DNA of 64,000 nucleotides from Octopus vulgaris (Eukaryota): NCBI GenBank assembly GCA_951406725.2, contig OX597814.1, positions 143,840,001 to 143,904,000 of the forward strand, read 5' to 3'. Shown piece by piece: positions 53,942 to 64,000 of this stretch (position 1 is its first letter; each line of letters starts with the position of its first letter). The notes under the pieces were generated by a model. It saw only the letters and a program-made list of their open reading frames with translations, ran no database searches and was not told where the DNA came from. The position numbers and the translations under genes were made by a program.

Positions 53942-55703
53942 TATTTAACACATTGACAATCCATACTTCACGCTTATACAAATCTAACAATATATATATA
54001 AAGTATTATTTAACCGAAAGTCAGTAACTGGTTCTAATATTGGTTTGAAATTTGAAAGGAGGAGAAATGGTAGATTATATCAACTCCGGTATTTGAATGG
54101 TACTTTGCTTTATCGACCGCAAAACGAGAAAAATCAATGTTGACTTGGCGAAGGGCGTTACACTCATGATGTCAGAAGAAATACTGAAAGATATTTTTCA
54201 CCAACACTCTAACAATTCTGCCTATCTTCCATCTTTACTACAGATCAATAGTAAGAACTATTCTTTATCGATAGAGTATGAACAACTTATAACTATAATA
54301 ACTGCTGAAGTATAATTTACAATACAAATCGCCAGGAATACAACATCTGTTCTCAAAGCATGAAATCGAAATATGTATGAAATATCTTTATAATGTGATT
54401 CCATCGATAAGACTAATAATTAGTTTCCTCTTACATATATTATTTACAGATATCCTGCGTTGTAATGGTAGGAGTGGCAGAAACGAAACAGAATATAGGT
54501 AAGCAAGTATTAAGAGCTTGTTCGAAGTTTATGTACATTGAGGTGGCCATGTTTACATGCGATTTGAAATTATTATGTGTATAATACCGTTTTAGGTATT
54601 ATACGCAGAATTTTAATGAGTTATACTTGTAGCTTGTAAATACTCAGACTTTGCTCAGATCTGACGTGTGTACGGGCCCCGAAGACAAGGGCTAGGTTTT
54701 AGGTTGTACCTATAACAATATTACAGATTTCTGATCGCCATGGAGTTATCGTCAAAGTGTGGGAGATATACTGAGTTGGTAAAATTTGTGAATGTTTTTC
54801 TTGCCTTTTTATAGTTTATACTTTGATAAATGTATAATTAGAATTATGATTAGAATTGAAGTCTTATTTAATTTCCTGTATATTGTTTCTTTGCCGCCAA
54901 GAATATTTGATCGCTATTTGGCGTTCATATACAGAAATACTTGAAATCGATTATTAGTGTTTGCAATTGCGTTAAAAATATAATATACGAATTAATTGAG
55001 CTTTGTAGTTTATTTGTGATATATTTCATTCGCTACATCTGTCGTGTAAGAGATAGTTTTGAATAGCGATGGATTACCTTAATATTTCTTTATTGAATTT
55101 TTAAACATTAATAGGACTGAATTTATTGCGCAGTTACACAACTTAAACCCAGTTTTCATGTGCAAATATATACATATCACTGACTGGATATAGTTATGTA
55201 TTACATGATGTCTGGCATTTTTCTGTGATTGTCAAGACTGACCGCTGTAAATGATGTGATCGATTACTTCTTTATTTTGATTACTTAGTCTACATTTAAT
55301 TGTATCACTGGTTAGCCATTGATCTCTCTGCAAACTAAAATCTAATTTTCTGTTCCAGCATTTAGTCTATAACTTTGTGCTCTTGTTAGCTTTCATATAT
55401 ATATATATATACTTACAATATATTTTTCCAGGCTTATAAGTAGAAATTCAGCAATATATAATATCATTTTAGCGCTACGCTTTTGAAATCTCCCTCATAA
55501 ATATATCTTTATCTATTTTATAACAATTTATCATTAGAAATAACTATTGTTATCTTCCTCTTTGAGCATGCTACAATAATTTATTGCAGATACTTCTATA
55601 TTGGATTTTTCTCTCTTAAGAGTGCATCGATAAAACACCCTAATAACATAACGTGAACTGAATACAAATAGATGAATGTAGAAAAATATATGGAAAAATA
55701 CAT

Positions 55704-55757
<54 letters not shown>

Positions 55758-56134
55758 TATATATATATGCATGTATGTATATAAACACGATGTTGAACAA
55801 GAAGTTGTATATAGAAGATATGAATGCTAAAATATAAGGAAGTAGAATAAAAGTTAGAATTTAACCAAAATCCAGAAACAACAGTTCGCATCGACTATTG
55901 CCAAATTTAACCTTTTTCTAAAATCTCAGCAAATAACACTCGAACTTGCAATGTTTAAATGCTAATATGATGACACAGGTAAAACATTTTATAGAAATAA
56001 AGTCTGTGATGCAAAAAAGCTGATAACGTGGTTACATTTTATTCCGAATTTAAAGGAGAAACGAAGAGCGCAATGCTTTTCATTTTGTCATTTTCAATAA
56101 TATCAGAAAACACTTTCTCAGAGCACTTGTAAAA

Positions 56135-56203
56135 TCATGTTGAACTGTTGGTTGTCTGCTTTGGGACATCAGAACAGTATAACTTTTCGTTGAATCTGAT
56201 ATT
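56135..56203 (-). CDS. Cys-rich secreted peptide gene 3, last coding exon (NIRFNEKLYCSDVPKQTTNSST*)
   Basis: Acceptor cttttttttcttttcag, phase 0, carries the 8th Cys; aligns with NVKLDEEQKKYCS of gene 2; AATAAA at 56043-56038. Confidence 0.83.
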   Translation of the reverse strand, partial: NIRFNEKLYCSDVPKQTTNSST

Positions 56204-56684
56204 CTGAAAAGAAAAAAAAGTTATATATTAGGGGGGGTTACTCTATAATTTTGTAGAGAGCAAGTTTATTTTTAAACAAGAATGTTGTTGACAGTGACTT
56301 CGAGGTTTCAGCCATTTACACCATCATCGGACAGCGATGCATTAGGAGTTAATCTTGGGTTTATATTGCCTATGTTGAGTTCAGGGCTTCCTTATGTCTG
56401 TGGGTTTGAGAGGGGTGGTAATTAGGTTTTAGGGTGAGTTGTTATGGAGAGGTGTTTGAGAAGAAATTTTTATCGATTAAATTTGGGAATATTGTTTAGA
56501 ATTTATTTATATATAGAGCTCTGACAGCAAGTGTGTATGTTTAGTCGCTTTGTTTGGTAGGCATTGGTTGTGTTAGCAGTTTAGTTATTTTTTGTTTTAT
56601 TAGATTTAATTCTTTGTTTTAGCAATTTAAAATGAAAGGCAGAAAGTACAGTATTAGGGACCTTAATAACTTGGTATTCTTTTA

Positions 56685-56885
56685 TTCTTTTACTTGTTTC
56701 AGTAATTTGACTGCGGCCATACTGGAGCACTGGCATTAGTCGAACAAATCAAACCCAGGACTTATTCTTTGTAAGTCTAGTACTTATTCTGTCGGTTTCT
56801 TTCGCCGAACCGCCAAGTTACGGGGACGTAAACACGCCAACATCAGTTGTCAAGTGATGGTGTGAGGACAAGCACAGACACACAA

Positions 56886-56959
<74 letters not shown>

Positions 56960-57130
56960 ACATACGATGGGATTCTTCCAATTTCCATCTAACAAATCCA
57001 CTCACAAGGCTTTCTTTGGTCGGCCCGAGACTATAGTAGAAAACATTTGCCCAAGGTGCCACGTAGTGGGATTGAACTTTGAACCATGTGTTTGGAAAGC
57101 AAGCGTCTTATCCCACGGCCACTCCTGCAG
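56685..57130 (-). mobile_element. SINE family B copy inside an AT-rich Penelope-like remnant (about 56240-57540)
   Basis: Reverse complement of the family B consensus. Confidence 0.8.
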
Positions 57131-58024
57131 TATGTCAACTTTGTTGTAATGAAATTTTTTTAGAGGTTCACAAAAGAAAGTAAGTAGGTGGTATGTTTTA
57201 GCAGGTTAATTTCATTACGTGTTGTTGCTTTTATTTAGGGTATTTGCTATTTTTATTTGCAAGGTGGGGGTCATTACTTGGGCATGTAACGATGTTGTTA
57301 GTATAGAAAATTGTTTCTCTCCTGCTTCGAGGTTCAAACAAGAATTTAGTTAGGTGAAGAGGCTGATCTGTATGTTTCTCCCTAAGTCTCTATTGTTCTG
57401 TAAACAATTTCGTTAATATAGAGAGATTCTAGCCTTTGTGTTTTATAGAGGCTGGATTTGTGGACTGTGTGTTAATAAATATTTCTTTTATTGTTTCAGA
57501 CGTGGGCATTTTATAAAGTGTTATTTTCATGATGGCGGCGCTATTTCAATAACATTAACTTGGCAGCAATATATAAACACATGCATGTTATGTGAATAAT
57601 CAAAAACACATCAGCGCAAATATACATTCATATATGAATATTAACAAGCACGCGCGCGCACACACACAAACACACCCATACATACATTATAGCACAAAAT
57701 ATATCAAACCAGTAATTTAAATAGTAGAAGATCAATAATTAATTTGTTTAATTCACCAAAACAGATTATAAACCGCTGTATTTTGATGCAACAAAGAGGT
57801 GTGCCATAAATTCCAACGCTGAAGCTGCAGGGAATGTCATTAGGTGACTTTAGATTGAGAAGGCGGGGATACAGGCTGAGATTTCTTCATCTTCGACTGG
57901 GTCAACCGGGCGAGTGTGAGGTCTGATGCTGAAAGACTCAAAATCTCTTATGACTCTTTCACAGGAATAAGGAATATTACTGATGATGCGCCCCAGAACA
58001 TTTGCGTGATGTGTCTTGGAAATA

Positions 58025-58290
58025 TCTATTATATAAAATGCGTTCTGTCTGTGTGTGTATGTCTTCTAGGATCTCGGGCATCCTCCATCCGATTGCGCTC
58101 AAATTTGATATGTAGATACCGACGGTATCAGGGCGTGTATAAGTCTTGAAAAAATTACAAAAATCGATTCCAAGTTAGAATGCGATCGATAAAGCCATGG
58201 GAACGTGCATTTGTAAAATCGTTTTTTCTTGTAAAATCGTTTGTAAAATCGTTTGTAAAATCGTTTCTTCTTTTGATGGTGTCTCAAATT
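58025..58290 (+). mobile_element. Possible non-autonomous Helitron 5' end
   Basis: A/TCTATTATATAAAA start followed by ctgtctgtgtgt and ccgattgcgctcaaatttg; short ttgtaaaatcgt tandem repeats. Confidence 0.4.
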
Positions 58291-58834
58291 TAGGCTAAAT
58301 CAGTGTTTCTCAAAGGGGAGGACTATGGGACTCTCGGACAAGTTGTTTTGAGAAAATTTGGTTTAAATGTTTGACAACTCAGCACCGTCCATTGGACGGA
58401 GGGGGGGTGTTTTGCTCGTATATATAGCTCATAAATAAGGGCAAAAGAAAAATATTCCTATGCCGAGAAATAGACTTTAAATGGTTAATAACGACATATA
58501 ATTCAATACTAAAAGCACGCGTCTCGAAGTTAGCTGACAGAAATTTCTAAACAAATTCCGTTATCAACGAATCGGTCCGATTTCTGAGTTAATTCATAAA
58601 GAATTTTCACGTTATCAGCGGCAAATACGTTAAGAAATAAATGAAATACTTACTTGCACACATGGAACAAGCATACATAAAGCCATGTGTACACTTAAGT
58701 ACCCCAAATATATCCAAATAGAAATTTTGCAGCACACGTGCTTTTAGTGACAAATTATATGTGGTTATTGACGATTTAAAGTCTATTTCTCGGCATATTT
58801 GTCATGCTGGCCACTGATAATTTTTTTGAAACAA

Positions 58835-58877
<43 letters not shown>

Positions 58878-58879
<2 letters not shown>

Positions 58880-59260
58880 CGCAGGAGTGGCTGTGTGGTA
58901 AGTAGCTTGCTAACCAACCACATGGCATCTTGGGCAAGTGTCTTCTGCTATAGCCCCGGGCCGACCAATGCCTTGTGAGTGGACTTGGTAGACGGAAACT
59001 GAAAGAAGCCTGTCGAATATATGTATATATATATAAGTGTGTGTGTATATGTTTGTGTGTCTGTGTTTGTCCCCTTAGCATTGCTTGACAACCGATGCTG
59101 GTGTGTTTACGTCCCCGTCACTTAGCGGTTCGGCAAAAGAGACCGATAGAATAAGTACTGGGCTTACAAAGAATAAGTCCCGGGGTCGATTTGCTCGACT
59201 AAAGGCGGTGCTCCAGCATGGCCGCAGTCAAATGACTGAAACAAGTAAAAGAGTAAAAGA
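58878..59260 (+). mobile_element. SINE family B copy
   Basis: ggcgcaggagtggctgtgtggtaag...gactgaaacaagtaaaagag. Confidence 0.88.
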
Positions 59261-59652
59261 GAGAGAGAGAGAGAATATACAACTAATAAGTAAGGGCAAA
59301 TATGCCAAATATGCCGAAATTAGACACATTGTCTATAACCATTATAATTTTTCGCATACGCACGCTACTAAAAAAAGGTTGACAGAAATTTCTAAAAAAA
59401 TCCATTATTATCAAATCGGACCAATTTCAGGGTTAGCTCGTAGGAACCCGCCCTTCGTCAGTGATAAATGTGGTAAAGAAATAAATGAGATACTTACTCA
59501 TACCCATGGAAGAAGCAAACACTAAGTCATGAGCACAATTAAGTACCCCACTTATTTATTAGTTGTTTATAAATGTAACCTTTAAAGGTATTTTTTAATA
59601 TGCTGGCCATTGATAAAATTTTTTTCGAAAAAAACCCCATTTTATCCTACAT

Positions 59653-59943
<291 letters not shown>

Positions 59944-60523
59944 GCAGAGAAAGAAGGAGGAGGGAGAGAAAAGGAGAGAGAAAAACAGAGAGAGAGACAG
60001 AGAGAGAAAAGAGAAAGGTGGAGAGATGGAGAGAATTGGTCATAGATAATCATGGAAATCTACACGATTCCGGAGCACATAAATTTCTAAGTACTTTACC
60101 ACTTCGCTCCATGGCCTATTCTACAAAAGCATACTCGCCACTGTCACTCACTTTTCAGTAAATTTACTAGACATAAGCATTTTGTCTCTGCCCTAACCTT
60201 TCTCTTGAATTTTGACTGAAACACTTGATAAGAGTATAGTCGAAGAGGAAAAGCCCTTACCTCTGCTTTCTTAAATAATTTCGTTGCCACAACTCCCACT
60301 ATTGAGAAAGCATATCTTGAGGAAATAAAGTAAGAGGGTACTTTCTGCAAATAGTACCGGGTTGCACAGAATCCTTTTTCTGTGGAAGGACATTCTCTTT
60401 AAAGTTTTGCTATTGTCAGCACTTTTGATGGCTTTTATTCAGTCACATGAACAATTATGTAGTCAGTGTTTAATAGATTTGACAATTATGTTAATGTAAT
60501 ACTTTTGAAGCTTCGCTACTTAC

Positions 60524-60688
60524 CTTTGCCCTCAAGCATTCACATCTGCAATTATTTTGGCAAGTAAGGCTAAAATTTTCCGAGCACTTTGTCACAATAC
60601 ATCTCGAGGTGCAATTCGGCGGAACTGCTTCAGATCCAACGAAGAGGACCAAAGATATCAGCATCAGTTTGAAGATTAGATTGTTCAT
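60524..60688 (-). CDS. Cys-rich secreted peptide gene 3, first coding exon (MNNLIFKLMLISLVLFVGSEA-VPPNCTSRCIVTKCSENFSLTCQNNCRCECLRAK)
   Basis: Acceptor tgtttacag/AAT ATG; signal peptide; identical Cys spacing to the paralogues; donor AAG/GTAAGT at 60523. Confidence 0.9.
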
Positions 60689-61296
60689 ATTCTGTAAACA
60701 TATGTATTAACATAAATATTGAAAATATTACGGGAAAATGTATGTTGTGGGTGTGTGTGTGTGTGTGTGTGTGTGTGGAAGACGACGTATGAACATTCAG
60801 CTTTTGTCGAACGACCTGCACAAATGATTTGTTTATAGTGATCAAATCTTCGTGCCGCACATTATCTCACCCCCCCCCCCCATTGAAACGACGTTGGTTT
60901 GAACATATGCACTGTGTACTACGCGTCCGGCGTAAAAGTGAGCGCAGACCAACATGAAATGAAGCCTTTTATTCAAGAACACAGCGTACCTCTCGGTCCA
61001 GGAATTGAAACCACAATCTCGCGATCGTGAGTACAACACCCTAACCGCTAGGCCATAAATATATTTTTGATGACATAAGAATTTATAAACATTCGAGAGA
61101 ACGCGAAATAATTCTTTTTTGGAATAATGCGTGTCGAAGCATACATGAACTTATAAATAGTAGCATGTAAATAAACACTGGGTTGTAAAACCCTTTGGGG
61201 CAGAAAAAGTTGAATGCACGAGTAAACTTCAGCTTTTTCGATCTAAAAGAGTTTTTCAGTCGAATATTTACATACTATTAGTTATATCTTTTGCGA

Positions 61297-61735
61297 AGGC
61301 GGTGAACTAGCAGTAATCGTGAGCATACCAGGCGAAATGCTTAGCGTTATTTAAAATTCCGCCGAGGTTGACTTTGCCTATCATCCTTTCGGGGTCGATC
61401 AATTAAGTACTAGGGTCTGTGTAATCAGCTGCCCCCACTCCACCCCACTCCACCCCCAATTTCAGGCCTTGTGCCTATAGCAGAAAGGATTATTTATAAA
61501 GTCGGCGAGCTGGCAGAATCGTTAGCACACCGGGCGAAATGCTTATCGGTAGTTCGTCTGCAACTACGTTCTGAGTTCAAATTACGCCGAGGTCGACTTT
61601 GCCTTTCATCCTTTCCGGGTCGATTAAATAAGTATCAGTTACGCACTGGGGTCGATATAATCGACTTGATCCCTTTGTCTGTCCTTATTTGTCCTCTCTG
61701 TGTTTAGCCCCTTGTGGGCTTTAAAGAAATAAGAA
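61297..61735 (+). mobile_element. Two tandem SINE family A copies; the second is inserted at the tail of the first
   Basis: Second copy flanked by agaaaggatt(a/g)tttataaa. Confidence 0.8.
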
Positions 61736-62419
61736 AGGATTGTTTATAAATTTTTGTGCACTTCGACAGTCATTGTTCCAAAAGCGATATAAAAATATTA
61801 ATTAATACATATATATGAAGCATATTCTTATTATAAGCAAACAATACTAAGCCTTACATACAGGACGAACAATTAGATCTACATTGCATATTTGTGATCG
61901 GTTCATCTGTTTTCTTTCGTTAGGGGAGAAAGAATAGTGTCTAATATATTTAACAATAGTTAAGCTACAAAAAAATAATTATAACAGTAATTTAGCAAGA
62001 GTTGCGTTGGAGAAATTTGCTTTTATTTTACATACAGCATAGACGAATAGGAATAACCTTCAAACATTATAAGATTTTTATATTTTTTCTAAAGCTATAA
62101 TAATAATAATAATGATTATAATAATAGGCACAGGGTCTGAAATTTGGTGGAGGGGCCTAGTTGAAATCGATCCCCAGTGCTCAGTTGGTACTTATTTTAT
62201 TAACTAAGAAAGGATGAAAGGCAAAGTTGACCTCAGCGGAGCGTAAAGGCGTAAGAAATGTTTTCTAGCATTTTATCCGGTGCTGGAAGAACCTTGCCAT
62301 CTCACTACCTTCGTAAAAATAATAATTCTTTCTACTATAGGCACAAGGCCTAAGATTTCTTGCGGGCGTGGGCTAGTCGATTAAATCGACCCCAGTGCTT
62401 AATTGGTACTTATTCCATC

Positions 62420-64000
62420 ACATTGCGAATTGCTAATATTGGAAAACAACAGGAATAGACATGGTCCCCAACTTCGGGCTGAAAACTCATAAACGCATAA
62501 TAGGTGTATTTAATGAATTACTAAGCCGGCCAAGATTAACACCTGACTGGATGCTGGAGAAGAAAACCATTCTAAAGCACAAAAGCAAAAACACCATACT
62601 CCTCAAAATTATATGCCTATAACATACCTACTGACAACTGTGTGGTAAGAAGCTTGCTTTCCCAACCCCCAGTTTCCGAGACCAGTCCCACTGCGTGGCA
62701 CCTTAGGCAAGTGTCTTCTAAAGATTTGTGAGTGGATTTGGTCGGCAGAAACAGAAAGAAGCCCGTCGTATATATATGTATGCATGTGTGTGTGTATTTA
62801 TGTATGTATGTATGTATTTATGTGTGTATGTGTCTGTGTTTGTCCACCCCCCCCCGCCATCACTTGACAACCGATGCTAGTGTGTTTATGTTCCTGTAAC
62901 CTAGCGGTTCGGTAAAAGAGACTGATAGAATATGCTAGGCTTACAAAGACTAAGTCCTGGGGTCGATTTCGTCGACTAAAACCCTTCAAGGCGGTACTCT
63001 AGCGTGCCCGCAGTCAACTGACTGAAACAAGTAAAAGAATAAAAGAACATATACAGCGTCAATAATGTGCAGCCAGTTATTTGCACACCTGGAAAACCGT
63101 ATTTGACCAGATGAATAAGACGGAAACCGTTAAAATATGTATGGCTGTGAAAAGCAACCACTAATAAATCTAGCCGCTTATAGAAGATTGTATACAGAAG
63201 AAAACAAACCTCGGTATTCTAGATTCATACATATTGGAGTCACTCTACATAAATAAAGTAGTTCTATCGTTGCTGAGTCAGTCTTATGCTCATAAAGCAG
63301 AAAACCAGTACAACATTGGAGAGAAAAAATCGGTGGAGAAAGATTATTTAAAATCAGCCCTGTATACAAACGGCAGAAAAGTGGGAAAGATAATGAATTT
63401 CCTTAGAATATTTTTTTTGCTTATAATACTTCATTTTGTTACAGGCACAGGGCCTGAAATTTGGAGGAAAGGTTTAGTTGAAATTGATCCCAGCGCTCAA
63501 CTGGTACTTCTTTTATTATTATTACGAAAAGCGGTGAGATGGCTGAATTCTTACAGGGACAGACAAAATTCTGCGAAGCACTCCTTACGCCTTTACGTTC
63601 TGAGATCAAATTCCGCAGAGATCGACTTTGCCTTTCATCATTTTTTTTTTGGTGGGGGGGGGGTCGATAAAATAAGTACCAGTTGAGCAGTGGGGTCGCT
63701 TTCAACTAAACCCCTCCTCCAAATTTCAGGCCTTGGGCCTATAACAAAAAAGAATTATTATAAGCAAAATATTCAAAGGAAACTTGTTATCTTTTCCATT
63801 ATTAAAACACGCCTGTAGAACGAAACTACCACAAGGTACAGATGCTACGGGAAAAATATAATCTATTTATGTCTATGGACAAGTCAAAAATATTAATGAA
63901 AAATATCACTAAAGAAGGAAACATCTTAAAATTTGTCCACAGTATCAGCGAGGCCATAAGGAAGAATACAGGATTAAACAAATGTGCTAAACGACACCAA
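62420..64000 (+). mobile_element. Fragmented R4-like RT remnant interrupted by SINE B (62635-63045) and SINE A copies (63441-63750)
   Basis: PDWML..KTIL..K...PQNY-x-PITYL and IEDCIQKKTNL-like remnants between the SINEs. Confidence 0.5.

Overview
Eukaryotic, AT-rich, microsatellite- and transposon-dense genomic DNA. The SINE families and repeat landscape suggest an octopus/cephalopod genome (inference). Most ORFs in the supplied track are microsatellite artefacts. The main non-repeat content is a minus-strand tandem cluster of three paralogous intron-containing genes (about 11.7-14.2 kb, 33.4-39.8 kb and 56.1-60.7 kb). They encode small secreted peptides of 91, 71 and 77 aa. Each has a conserved 21-aa signal peptide, a hypervariable cationic mature region and an invariant 8-Cys frame C-x3-C-x4-C-x7-C-x3-C-x-C-x-C-x(12-15)-C, with the 8th Cys on a separate last exon behind a conserved phase-0 intron. 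I do not recognise the family. It looks like an undescribed defensin/mytilin-like or toxin-like peptide family. The rest is mobile DNA: a near-complete CR1/L2-group LINE, a full-length pogo (POGK/Passer-like) element, a full-length mellifera-type mariner, a hAT MITE, remnants of Tigger, RTE, R4/Dong, HERO and Penelope elements (some with hammerhead-ribozyme-like motifs), many tRNA-derived SINEs and several fold-back inverted repeats.
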